Shown in pieces: positions 24,330 to 37,530 of a stretch of DNA of 64,000 bases. Numbering within the stretch: position 1 is the stretch's first letter; each line of letters opens with the position of its first letter. The stretch comes from Sminthopsis crassicaudata (lineage: Eukaryota). A program made the position numbers and the translations under genes. The stretch is from positions 200,820,852 through 200,884,851 of the forward strand of contig NC_133620.1 of NCBI RefSeq assembly GCF_048593235.1, in the 5' to 3' direction. The notes under the pieces were generated by a model. It searched no databases and had not been told where the DNA came from. It saw nothing but the letters and a program-made list of their open reading frames with translations.

Positions 24330-25680
24330 AAATCAAGGAAGATCGAAAGCATTAAACAATAAGAAAAGTTTCAAGGAGATAGTGCCACATTGAGGTAAAA
24401 ATGTGAGGAAGTGTATTCCAATTATGAAATTTGTTTGAATGTATGGAATTGGGGATTGGAATATATGGTTTGAGGAACAGATAGATAAAGCATTTATATT
24501 TTAAGTGCTTTCAATTTACCAAGCATTTTACTAAGTATTGGAGATAAAAATCAAAGCAAGACATATAACATAAAACTCTGACCTCAAAAAGCTTATATTC
24601 TAATGGGGTAGAAGATGCATAAGGAGGATATGAAAAGAAGGAGGAATTTTTAGGGAGCAGCATGTTGAGGATATGTCCAGGAAATGGTGGTGCCTCAGTA
24701 TGTAAATCAATGGAACTAGAATCAGGTGTATAGATTAATGGGAAAGGGAAAAAGAGGAAGGGAGGAGATGGAGGAAGAAGGGAGGAATCCACTGTGTATT
24801 TGTGTGGCCACAAGGAGGTTAAGTAATAGCAAGACAGGTTACCAAATAGAAGTAAAGTAGAAGAGTTAGCAGAAATGGGTAACAAGATGCACATAAACAT
24901 AATAACAATGATCAGGAAGAGAATTTATTAGAAAAAAGAAAGTATAATGTAGAGTTTATGAAGCAGAATAATATGATGTAAGACTGAAAAGGAAGATGAT
25001 AACCTTATTGTTGAGTGTCCTGTTAGGCTAAATAGTTTGTATTTTATCCTATAGGTAATGGGAAACATGGAAGGTTTTTGAGCAATAGAGTGACATAGTG
25101 AGGTTTAGGATTTAGGAAGATTATTTCAGTAGCTTACACAGAGATATAAAATGGATTCGAGAAGGAAAATTTGGAAAACAGTGAAATCAATCAATAATAT
25201 ATTATAATACTCTAGCTGAGAGCTAATGAAAGCCTTCAAGGAAATAGTTCCTGTGTGAGCAGAGTTAAGGTCATGATTGACAGAAATATTGAAGTCAAAT
25301 TGAAAAGACTTGTCAAATGATTGATATAGGAGGGGAAAGGAAGAAAAAAGATGGAAGGATGAACTCAAATTTACAAGATCAGTTGATTGAAAAGCCTGGA
25401 TCAGGAGCCAGTGGGGTCAGAAGTGGATGAACTTGATGAAATGAGTATAGACAGCTTTTGGTATGAGTTTGACTGTGAAAGGAAGAAATTATAAGGTCCT
25501 GAGGAGATGTTGGGCTCAAGTAATTTTTCTTTTTTATTTATTTTTTTTAGTAGATAGTAGACCCAAACATATTGAAAAATATCAGGGAAAGGCTTACTAA
25601 ATGGGAAGCAATTGAAGTTTAATGATGGAGAGAATAATTGACAAGTCAAGGTCATGAAAGATAGAAAGGGGATTTTCTTT
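24330..25680 (-). mobile_element. L2 fragments
   Basis: Purine-rich reverse L2 (gaaggtttttgagcaatagagtgacat...ttaggaagattatt...gatgaactc). Confidence 0.7.
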
Positions 25681-25959
25681 GGTAAAGAAAAGAGCTACCT
25701 CTTTTTTCAGAAACAGGAGTAAATATTAGTTTTATGAGCAACACAAACCATCTTACTTCAGACTGACCAGTTCTTTGTTCCAATCTATGTTGCTTAACCT
25801 CTTTATTTTTATGCCCTATATCCTGCATTGTATCTGGGGTCAGACAACTTAGATTCAAATCCTAATTCTTCTGTTTACTACCTGTAGGTCTTTAGACAAA
25901 TCATGTTATTTTGAAGGCATCAATTCCCAATCTATAAAATGAGCATCATCCCGTGGTCT

Positions 25960-26165
25960 TGTCCTTGATAGAGCTATACCTGTACCAACCATTAGCAACC
26001 ACAGAACCAGCAGAGTTGAACCAGTAGTAGTTATGTGAGTCTATGAGGAAGAAATGCCCAGAAGATAATCACCTTCCCCACCAACATGCCCAGCTGAAAC
26101 CATATGTTATATGAGACAAGAAGGGGAAAGGGATGTGGAAGAAGCTTTATGGAATCACTAGGAGA
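25960..26165 (+). mobile_element. RTE-related fragment
   Basis: gaagaaatgcccagaagataatcaccttccccacc...gggatgtggaagaagc resembles marsupial RTE-family sequence. Confidence 0.45.
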
Positions 26166-26739
26166 TATAGATGGCTCTGCAGTGATAGAGATGTGAATTA
26201 ATCAAACAGTAACCCAGTGAATGGAGCATTGGGCTTTGAGTCAGGAAGATTTGATTTCAAATCTGACTGCACTTATTAACTGTGTGACTCTAGCTTAACC
26301 CTTGCCTCAGTTTATTCAACTGTAAAATGGATAATAATGGTACTTACTGTACAAGGTTGTATGAATCAAATGTAATTTTAAAAAAGCAACCACCATATTG
26401 CCTAACAGAAAATAGATCTTATATAAATGACCTTGCCACATGTTAGCCCCAAACAGGCATCTCTTTTGTGTATGCTTTATCATGTGTACATTCAGCTTGG
26501 GGCCATTCTTCTCATTAGTTGTGCAGCTTTATGGTAAAGTGTGCCTTAGGTTTATTGGTAGAAATATTTTATTGTTATTTTTATTTCTATTCTATTTAAT
26601 TAAATGTTATTAATTTGAACTAATTGCATTTTCTGGATAACTAGGAAGAGAAAACACATCAGTGGTGATTTGTAAAATATGGTATTGATTGGCTATGGGC
26701 ATACAAAGCACTTTGGATTGGAGATAGCCTGCTTTAAGG

Positions 26740-26990
26740 TACAGAAGTAGGTAGATGGAACAAGGGATAGAGTGCTGGTCCTGAAGCACTGTCCTCAGAT
26801 ATTAGCTGTGTAAGCCTACACAAATTGCTTTACTTCTATCTGCCTCTGTTTCCTTGATAGTAATGGGGATAATAATGGCATCTACCTCCCAGGATTGTTG
26901 TGAGGATCAAGTGACTTATTATTAGTAAAGCACTCCACATAGTGTCTGGCACATAATAGACAGTTAATGCATACTTGCTTCCTTCTTTTG
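26740..26990 (+). mobile_element. MIR SINE
   Basis: Core plus tail (ctcccaggattgttgtgaggatcaagtga). Confidence 0.75.
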
Positions 26991-27768
26991 TACTTCTTGC
27001 CACTTCAAAAGTGCTCCCAGACATACCACTTCTGCTATAAATGCGACATTTCAGACCAGAATTCATTTTTCCCCATTTTTTTCTGTCACCATTCTTAAAC
27101 TTCATCTCTCAAGAACTTATACAAGGGACACTTTTGGTTGACTGCTCCCTATCACTAGGGAAAGAATTACAAAGGAAGTTGAGTAAACTGTGGAGAGATA
27201 TAATTATAAACTTGAGTCATCTGGAAAATGAACAATTACTTCTTTGGGAGAGAACAACACACAGAAAGAAGGACAGCTTTGGTATGTAAGGCAATGAAGG
27301 CATAAACGAACAGATCTTGACATTTGAAAAATATGATAAGATCAGGACAAAATCCACTTAGTTTTGTTTCTGTTATCAATTTTACATCACAAAGAACAAA
27401 TATCACTTGTATCCGTTTTCTTCCAAATCAATCACAAGGAAGTTAGTGAATTATGAATGACAACATAACTGGAATGGAATGTCAATCACCTGTAATTATT
27501 TGTAAATCATGCTACAGTAAAAAAGATTTAATGAGGTCTTGTGGAGCAAAGTTTTATAACCTGTTATGTGCTAAGATATATGAGCAGGCTTGAAGAATGA
27601 CAATGGGCTGCTTAGTTTAATAGCTGGGCTTTTCCCTGATATTGCATTTCTTCCTCTTTAAGACTTCAAAGCATTTCATGATGTTTTTGATTAATTCTTC
27701 TCAATTAACAGTTGCAGAAATATGATGGTTCAGAGAACCTAAGTAACACAACTAAATACTATTCTTTT

Positions 27769-27915
27769 NNNNNNNNNNNNNNNNNNNNNNNNNNNNNNNN
27801 NNNNNNNNNNNNNNNNNNNNNNNNNNNNNNNNNNNNNNNNNNNNNNNNNNNNNNNNNNNNNNNNNNNNNNNNNNNNNNNNNNNNNNNNNNNNNNNNNNNN
27901 NNNNNNNNNNNNNNN
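27769..27915. other. Assembly gap (147 N)
   Basis: N run. Confidence 1.
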
Positions 27916-29074
27916 TTTTATCTCCACATTCTTAAGATTCTTTATTTGAACTAAAGTTGGACAACACTCTTTTCATTATTAATCTGTTGAAGAATAAAAT
28001 GACTTGAAAACATTTTTTCAAAATGAACATAATTCCTAGGAATTTTTAGTTTTACTGGCAGTGGCAACAAAATAATGAGAGGGCAAAAGTGGTATTTGAA
28101 CCATAGGACTGCATGAGCTTAGGCAATTCAACTATTGAGCAAGAATCTATAGGCTGATTTAGTTAAAAAACATAAAAACTAGTGGTGTTTAGTGAGCCAG
28201 TAATCCCTGGAAGACTTAAACCACTTGCACCAGACTTCTGAGTTCTTAGTTTCTAGTTTTCCAAGGATGTCTTGGATAATTCTGCCTTGAGTTGGTCTGC
28301 ATACTCACTTATGGATTGTTTGATGGACATATAATTCAAATTTTCTATTCTGAGATTATTATTAAATCAATTGTTGGCATAACTTATCTGTTGTTTTTGA
28401 TGCTGAAATTATTGTTAAGCATTTGGTGTAGTTAGCTGAAGTTTCACTGTGGTGATTACGTGAGGTGACATGATAGAATGGAATTTGTTCCAGAGCCAGA
28501 AGGTTTGGATCCAAATATTTCTTATGTATTCTTGGGAAAATCATTTAACTTTCCTGGACTTTAATGTCCTCATCTTTAAAGAAAGGAGTTTGGGGGATGG
28601 CCTCCGTTCCTTTTGACTTTGTATTTATGATTAGAACTTCCTTTGATTAAAACCTAAGTGGTTGTTAATGACTCTCAATCATGGGTTCTGAAAATCATAG
28701 TAACAATTTTTATGTAGCAACAAGGAGCATGGAACTGAACACCTTTCACAACTCTCTTATCCCTAGCTTTATTATCCCTTGTGCAGCCACATAGAGAAAT
28801 AGAACTCATTGTCAAGAACTTAGGAGTTACTCTGGTGTGACATAAATAAACATCTATAATAACAACTACAATTCTTGAGCTACAGAATAAAATTCTGTTT
28901 TCTTAAAATAAGTTATACTGACACCATTAATTCTTAAAACATGAAATATTTATTAAACAAGAAGGCAAAAGCAAGAATAATCAGTGTAATATTTAATAAA
29001 TAATAGGTAAAAGCATGAATAATCATAACGTAAGACCAACCACAAATCTGGGTCATTTTCTCTCACTTATGCAT

Positions 29075-29119
29075 ACATTATTAGGGAGATGAAGATGAGA
29101 CATTATTAGGGAGATGAAG
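29075..29119 (+). repeat. Direct repeat acattattagggagatgaag x2 (25-bp period)
   Basis: 29075-29094 identical to 29100-29119. Confidence 0.95.
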
Positions 29120-29999
29120 TTGGGGAAGATTGGGCATAAATTTATAGCAATACACACAAATTGGGAAATCCAGGTGTCCTGGGCAACTCATAACTGCATT
29201 TCAGGTTTATATATCTGTAGTCTTTTGAGGAAATAGTTTGACTCATATCACCTACTTCTCTTCTGAATCTCTTAGTTATCTTGCTGAATGAAATAATTTT
29301 TCTGCTCTTCTTGGGCTGCTGCTAATTGTTAAGTTATTTTAGTTAATAGCAGCCTTAATTCTGGAGTTTGAAGAGTTTCTCATACTTTCTTTCTTGGCTA
29401 GGTGTTGAGGCAGCATGCTATTCTTTTATTGAAGTCAATCCCTATAAGTCTATGATCTGTAAAGTTATTCAGGTCTGCTCTCTCTAGGCTGTGAGTGGAT
29501 TTTTCCTTCTCAAGCGACAGAGGGTAGTAGAAAATAACAGATAATTCTTTGAGAGGTTTTCCTTCTTTCAATTTATAGAGGATACTAGAAAGACAAGGGA
29601 ATCTTTCTCAAACTGCTCTTCCCACAGCATAGGACAATATTTTCTCTAATCAATTCCCAGTATCTAAGTATTCCTCTAAACATATCAGCTCCCAGGATCT
29701 ACTGCAGAGCTTGTTTGTTTCTAATTAGCTGGTATCAGATCTGCTTAGTTTCTTTTAGCTCTCGCCCCATTGGCTTTTGTGGCTTCCTCCTATCCCAGCT
29801 TTTCTTCTATTTTCTCAGCACCTTTGGGTTTGGTGTTCTTTCTTCTATAAGCAGTTTCGTTAATTATCATTCTTGTCAATTTTTCCAAGTCTTTTCAGCT
29901 GCTTTATGAACTGATGGACTCTCATGGATTCATTTGCCAAAAATCAAGGCTTCCTTTGTTACAATGACCAATTTCCACATCTTTCAGACATGATATACC

Positions 30000-30014
30000 C
30001 ATACATATACATAC

Positions 30015-30070
<56 letters not shown>
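30000..30070. repeat. (TA)n/(TACA)n microsatellite
   Basis: Seen directly. Confidence 0.95.
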
Positions 30071-30074
<4 letters not shown>

Positions 30075-32559
30075 CCCTATAGCCCACAAAAGTTTTTTGA
30101 TTCAGAATTTCTCAGCAATAACCCTAAAATTATTAACAAAATTACATACAAGTTAACTTTCGGGAAATAGTAAATTGGCACTATCTCTAACACAATTCAG
30201 TACTTTTATATCTGTGCTGCTTTTATCTAAATCCTCTCAGGATTTACTTGAGGGGCTATTGTTGTTTCAGATCCCCAGAATTGTCCATGTTTCTTCTCAA
30301 CTGCTTTTCTCTGAATTTTTCACAAGAATATCCCTTTCCTAAAATTTACAAAGACCTGTGCTCATGAATGTGAATTTTTCTTTCACAGAAAGCTATTACC
30401 TATCTATGCTTTTCATCCTATGCAGCTCTTGTCTGTGCTATATCACAAATCCTTCATAGCAAGAAACCTAATGTACTTTGTCATTTTAATATCATATGAA
30501 TTATGGGACTTATGCTGGAATGGACATTAGAGAACATCTGATCCCCTCCTCCTCATTTAACAAACCATGGACTATGTCTAGTCACAAATAGCAGATTGTG
30601 ATTTTTACCCCGGTTCTCTGATTCCAAATCTACTCTTTTTCCAGGATATTATATTTGATTGTATCAGAATGGCACTTGGGATATCCATATGCTATTGTTT
30701 ATTCCTGTTATATGAGTGGGTAATTTTTTCCCCCACTCACACATGTTCTCTTTGCTCCTTTAGGACATTTCTTACATGGGAGTCTGTGGTCTACATATGC
30801 CAACCACTTATCTTTCTAGTGCTTTTTGCCTTACTCATAGTCGTAATTCTAAGATTATGATATTCCATAATTCATAGTTATATAGCATCATTTGAAAAAT
30901 ATTAGAGTTAAAAAATGAGCTTTTTCTGTCAATGAATTTACAATCATTGTGAATATTTTCTAATATGGGATGCAGTCTGGTGTCTTTTTCCTACTTAATT
31001 CTGGATATGAAAATCATAACCTCCCTTCTCTTGCTTTTATGCATACACATCTGTATTTATTTATTCATTAATTAAATGAGTCACCTACCCAGCTGTCTAT
31101 TATACCATACGTAATGAACATTTTTATCCACTTTGCTTTTCCATTGTGAATGATTAATCTCTTTTGAACTTTTATAGAATTTCTTGTGAAGACACCAAAA
31201 TGTTTTGCAGTTCAATGTAATTATTATAATGCCATTTGGGAGCAGGAAAATTAGGAGAACTTCACAATTAACAAAGAAGACTCCTTTTTTGTTGGGATGT
31301 TACATAGGACAGCCTTTTTAGCTGAGAAATATAAGCATTGAGCACACATTTTCTTGTTTCATGCCTATTTTGATGGTTTTATTCAATGGATCATTGAATT
31401 TATTTATTGGATTTAATTTATATATGCTTAATTTATTAACTATATCAGTTAATAATATTAGAGACTATATTTGTTCTGCAAAGTCAAATGTATGAGCAAA
31501 ACTTTATATTTCATTTCTTTTACAATCAATATTATATTATCCATATGGCTCAGACTAGGAAGAGGAATATTGCTTGGGTTGAGATGAATCCTGAAGTTGA
31601 ATGGGTCTATAAAGGTCCAGAAGCTTCCCTGCTCCAAGAATAAGGAAGAAAAGAGATGGATAAATTTCAGACTATAATATAGAGGAGCCCAGCCTCAGGA
31701 ACAAAAATGACAAGTTAACTAGCTACAAAGAGGCAGAAGTAGTAAATAATCAAGTACGGGCAAAGGGTCAAAACCAGAAATTCACTGTGAGGTACAAGAT
31801 AGAATGAGAAACAAGGCTTTATGGGTGCAAAAGAATTTAAAGTTGGGGGACATAGGAAGAGGAATCAATTTACATAAACACAAATATTTAATTTTTTTGT
31901 ACTTCATGGTTATATAACAGTGGAAAGTTTGGCAATGAGGCAATGTGATGCTGGTACCATGTTCTGATCTTGAACTATTGCTCTCCCCCCATTTTATTTC
32001 TATTTTGATCATCCTATAAAGAATGAATTAATATTAATCATAACTTTCTATCATCTTTTTTTCTAATGAACTCATATTCCATATTGGCCACTCTGTTTCT
32101 CCACTTAAGAAACTTTGAGATGCTTTCTGGGTTTTTTTAGTCTTTTAATTCCCAAGACTTTAAAATGTGTTAAATTGCTTATTTAAGTAGCTTAGTTTGA
32201 AACAGCTATAACTAGGCAAAGTTTTTTATTTTTTACCTTTTTTTTCCTTGCAGTTTGTTGAAGGTTAAATTAGAGAAAAAGAGGGGAGAATAGTAAGGAC
32301 AGTGTTGTAGAAGTAACTATATATATAATAAAATGGTTTGCATCAGAAAAATTGAAAGGAGAAACAAGATGGTTTAGGGAAAATGTTTCTAGTTCTGTAT
32401 AAGCAAAGATATTTCTGATAATTGGAATTTCCAGATACCTACAAGATCTAGAAGATACTTGGATCTCAATTGATTTGGGCTACTTCAGGTTTGTTCATCC
32501 ACAAGTCAAAGTAATGTTCCAAAAGCATTGGTCTGATAATGTAACTATCCTGATTGATA

Positions 32560-33095
32560 AATACATAATTCCCATTATCTCTTTGGTCTAATATGCACTC
32601 TTCTGTTCAGCATTTAAAGCCTTTAATACTTTTTCTAATCCTATAATATATTATTTTCCTTTATTCACTCTTTGATGTAGTCTAACTAGACTACTTGATG
32701 TTCCACCACCTAAATTTCCTGTCCTATATTTATATCTTTGCCTAGGCTATTTTCCATGATGGGTATGCAATTTCTCCTCATTGATGTCTCCTAAAATTCA
32801 AAGTTTTCTTTTAAGCTTACTTCGAATACAAGCTTCTTCCTATTTTCTTTAGGAACTTAGGCCTTACCTTAAAAAGGGCATTGTATTTATTTTGCATCAA
32901 TAAATAAACAAACAAACAAACAAACAAATAAATAAATAAATACACACACACATATGGACATGTCTCTCTCTTGATAGAATGTGAAGTATCCTCTGATAGA
33001 ATGTAACAGAGATGATTTCTTTTTTGTTTGTATCCCCAGTACCTACCACAAAGTCTGACATATGGCAAGAATTGAATAAATCTTGTTTGATTTAT
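32560..33095 (+). mobile_element. L2 3' end with (AAAC)/(AAAT) insertion
   Basis: Ends gtatccccagtacctaccacaaagtctgacatatggcaagaattgaataaatcttg. Confidence 0.7.
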
Positions 33096-34819
33096 GTAGC
33101 TGATTGGGTCTAGAAACTTGAGCTTATCAAGTAAGCTACTTATTTACTATTTCTTTACTTATTTATAATATACTATGTAATACATTCAAAATTTGGTCCA
33201 CTAAGTTTCTCCCTGTTAATGAAACTTCTTTGTACTTTATAAAGCCAAGTTATAGTGAAGACTTTTGCATAAAGAACAAAGAATGTGGGAACTAGAAAAA
33301 GCTTTTTTTTCCACTCATGATAATTTTCAACAGTTGAGATCTTAAAAGTTGGGAAACAGTTTTTTGACATTCTTATAGAAGCTTGTTGAGATCTCAAATT
33401 ATACAACAATTCAAAGGATTTAGGTTGGAGTAAAATACAAATGTAGATTTTGCATTGAAAATTATGCATTGAAAATAACAAGAATCCATTCCCCTCTGAT
33501 CTTCTGGCTATCTTAGCATGCATTAGGAATTTCTTTGAATCACTTTGTTCTTTCTCCTCTAGCCAGATATGGCAGCAAGTTTATTACTGCCAGGGGTTGA
33601 GTTAAGCATTCAGAGAGTTGTATTAACTCTCTAAGGTCAATAGAGCACATTTCATGTTTAGGAGCAGTAATTAACTAAATGGTACCCAGAGGGTAGAAGA
33701 TTTAATGCACCTCCCAAAGTCTCTAATTTACTCACAGGGATGAGTTTATTACCTTAGTAAAATATTGTTGTTCCTCTAAAGAATGTATTGCCTCAATTAT
33801 GAAGTGTTTCTGAATTTGAAGTAATTGTTAATTGATATAGTATAGCTCAAGTACATATTTAATTCCAGCTACTGAGCTATCTTCTCATAGAAGTTCAATA
33901 ACTTATATTTTGTCTATTTCTAATGTAAAAGAGTATATTTGTGGGGATTCTCCCTAGCATGACTTTTTTTTTATTTTACAAGTGAATACTCAGCTTTCAG
34001 GCTCTAGATACTCTTTGCTCTCATGCCCTAGAAATTCTTCCTTTTAAGTTAAAGACACTGAAATCAATTGGACTTCATATTGTTAAAAAAAAGAAAAATT
34101 CACAGAAAGTATGAAGAACTGTAATAACAACAATAAAAGAAATTATCACTAATAATCTACAAATACCTAACTCCCTTGTCTCATCCTATTCCTTCAGGCT
34201 CATAAATTGTGATCTAGGCTGGTCAGCCCCTTAGCCTGGTCATAGGTGTCAATCTAAGGAAGCCAGAACTGCTGAAATAAGAATTTGTCTATCTCTACAG
34301 GTATATATACTTCCAGGATCTAGAAACTACTCTTTCCTGACAAAGGAATATGGCTTTGTGGGAATGTTATTTGCACAATGGAAAAATGTGGCCCTTCCCC
34401 AAGCTAGGAACTAGCAGGAGTGATAAAACTTCCCATACATATATTAATACTGCTACATCAGTATTTGTTATCTGACTTCAGCAGGAGTAGAGGCTAAATA
34501 TCAAAGTCCTGAAAAACCCTTGGAAGAATATGATGCACCATATCATCTTTCTCCCTTCTCTCTTTCTTTTTTCTCCCACTGGTTTTCAAAACCTATACAT
34601 TTCTCTGAAAATCTGTGTTTATCTAAATAGACTGCATTGGGACTGCATCATCAAATGCTATTCTCTTTATTCTGAAAATCCTTATAGACAAGCAAACAAA
34701 GAAACAAAATCACCATTATTGATGACTCAGACTAATATGGGGCTATAAAATTTGTATTGTGATTTCCTTATTCAAATCCATTTGAGTTGGATATTTAAAA
34801 TATTATTATTACTCTTTTT

Positions 34820-35085
34820 ATTGTGGTTGTCCAGTCATTTTTTAGTTGCATCTAACTCTTTGTGACATTTCTCATGTATTTGCCCAAATTTATGAAATGC
34901 TTATTAAAATTGATAAAGATAATTGAGTGGTTTGCCATTTCCTTCTTCAGATCATTTTATAGATGAGAATACTAAAGCAAACAGGGTTAAGTGATTTGCC
35001 TAGGATCACACAGCTACTAATTGTCTGGGTCAGATTTGAACTCGGGGAAATTAGTTTTCCGAGCTCTAGGCCTGGCATTCTATAA
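34820..35085 (-). mobile_element. MAR1 SINE carrying a foreign 52-bp insert
   Basis: MAR1 tail, core and head recognisable on both sides of 34866-34917. Confidence 0.85.
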
Positions 35086-37370
35086 ACCAGGCCAGAGGCA
35101 CAAGAAGGATGAATTGAGTTCTTTATGCACACTACTTTCATATGTCTAAGATACAAAAGTGAACATAATAGAGCTGTATTTACTAAAGTTAGCCCTACAG
35201 GAAATGTGACTCAAAGAATATTCTTGCTTTCTTTGAAGAGTGGAGTGGTATGGAAAAATTGCCTATTATATCATTGTTTGACCTATTTCTAAGTTTTCTT
35301 AAACTACTTCTGTCCTCACTCACTCCCAATCCTTTTGTCTTTTATTCTTCAATATAAGGAATGGTTCTTTGGGTAGGGGAGTAGAGAGGGATATATTTGG
35401 AAATAAAGGTGATATAATAACAAAAGATAATTAAAATTTTTAAATTGGTTTGATGCAGAATGTGAATCAAGACTTTGTAATTTCAAACTCAGCATCCTAT
35501 CCACAGCTCCTCATTGCTTTTTTTCACCTTTACAAAAGTAGAAATCATAGGAGAGAGAAACCAGCAAAAAATATTTCAAAAAAGGAGTTCTCGCTAGAGG
35601 AATAAACTAGGCATGAAAGATAAGAAATGTCTTAAAAATTATATTCCATATTTAAATTCTGAAAACTAGTGATACAGGCCAGAATCCTTTAAATCCCTCT
35701 GTAGAATTGTCATTTTCATGATCAATATTTCATATTCTCATAAAACTTGCCCATTGTTTATAATAGATAGTCTAGTAATATGCAGTTATGGCTAATCAAA
35801 GCTCATTACACATGTATTTACTTTCTTTAAACATTGAAATATTTCATTACAAATAGTCTATTGAATACTTTCATATCCATTATGGTATTATATTTCCTTC
35901 CAATTTACTACTAATGTTTTTTTGAACAACTATGCTGTAACAATAGCTCTGATGCATATAAATATTTCATCATCTCCACAGTAATCCATTTCTCATGTAT
36001 TTGCCCAAATTTATGAAGTGCTTATTAAAAATTGATAAATAACCTTATAGAATAGAGTTAAAATTGCTGTTGCCTTGGTGAGTCTTTAAATTGTCAAAAT
36101 CCATACAGATTATTCTTTGAGTTACAAAATCATCTGATGGAAACCAATGAGTATCACTGTAGGTGAGAATGGAGGATACTTTTAACTGGAAGCATGAAAA
36201 GGAGAAAACTGTTATCCCAGTGAGTATAGGGGGGTAGACTCCTGCCATTGGATTCAAGATTTTTTGAGTTCAAATCGTACTGCAGATACTGAATAGCTAT
36301 GTAATAAAGGCAAATAATTTAACTACTCTGTCTCATTTTCCTCCTTTAGAAAGTGGGTGTAATACTAATCTACCTCATAAGATTATTGTGAGGATCAAAT
36401 GATATATGCGTAAGTGCTTTTCAAATTTAAAAGTCCTTTATGTGTATCAGTCATTATTATAATTATTTTTATCAAACATCCAATTTCATTATGGAAAAAT
36501 TGAAATTGATTTCCTATCTTATGAGCTAATCTATACTTTTACAATTTTAAAGGTGGGGAGAGGGACTGGTGATAGGGCTTTGTCCCTGTAAACTCTTCCT
36601 GGTGCCTTAAGAGCATATAACTTTGTACAATTTGGTTTATGGAGATCTTTTTTTATTCTTTTCATCTGTTCCTGTAGCTTTATTGGTATGTAAAACTACT
36701 GTCAGGGAAAATTTCTCTGCTCATGCTTATAGGCGACTTTTCAAATACTCAGTAACTTAATTAATATACATTTAAGTGACTACTATATGCCAGGCACTAA
36801 ATTAGGCATTTAACTCCACTCTCATGGATTGCATTTTGTAGGGGACAGAAAACATGTACATATATGAGTATATAGAAAATCAATATTACTCATTCGTATT
36901 ACATGGCTTGAATCTATGATTAGATTACTAGTATGTGTCAGAGAAATTTTTCTATTCATCTGATAGACTTTTTTTCTTTTTTTCTGATCTCATAAGGCAA
37001 TCTTGGGTGAAGAGACAGGAGAGCTTGCACATAGCGTCTCCTATAGAATATGACATTCTCTGGGAGAATAGCAGGACTCTAGGATACAGCTGAGTCAGTG
37101 GAAAGAAGTCCTGGATCCATCCCTTCAGTTAAGAACCTTTCTTTTTATTACTTCTGTATGAAATTGGTACACTGGTATGTGTTTGGATCTCTTCCTCTAT
37201 AGTGTTTATTAAGCAAATCCAAAATACTAAAGAATTACTTTAATCTTTCTGTCAAGAAAGAGGACTGGCCATTTGTGACAAGCATAAATTGTAGGAAAGT
37301 AAGGATTTCATGCATCTTGTTATTTCCAGATTCATTGAATGGTAGATATAGAAAAGATCTTAGAGATTAT

Positions 37371-37530
37371 CTAGCTCAGGAAGTTTTAACCTGGGGTCCA
37401 TGGACCCTAGGATGTTCATGGGTAGATATTAGGGGTCTGCAAATTGCATCCTTATTTTCACCTACTTTGGTTTCTTTTGTAATCCTATGAATGTGTCATA
37501 TATTTAAAAACATGATTCTGAGAAGAGATC
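37371..37530. mobile_element. hAT-Charlie (MER5/MER58-like) MITE fragment
   Basis: Starts caggaagttttaacctggggtccatggaccc, a typical hAT MITE end. Confidence 0.6.

Noticed and set aside
33570-33632. Twin small hairpins (tggcag/ctgcca and agagagtt/aactctct) as a possible H/ACA snoRNA
   Set aside because: The stems are too short, there is no ANANNA hinge, and stems this size are expected by chance.
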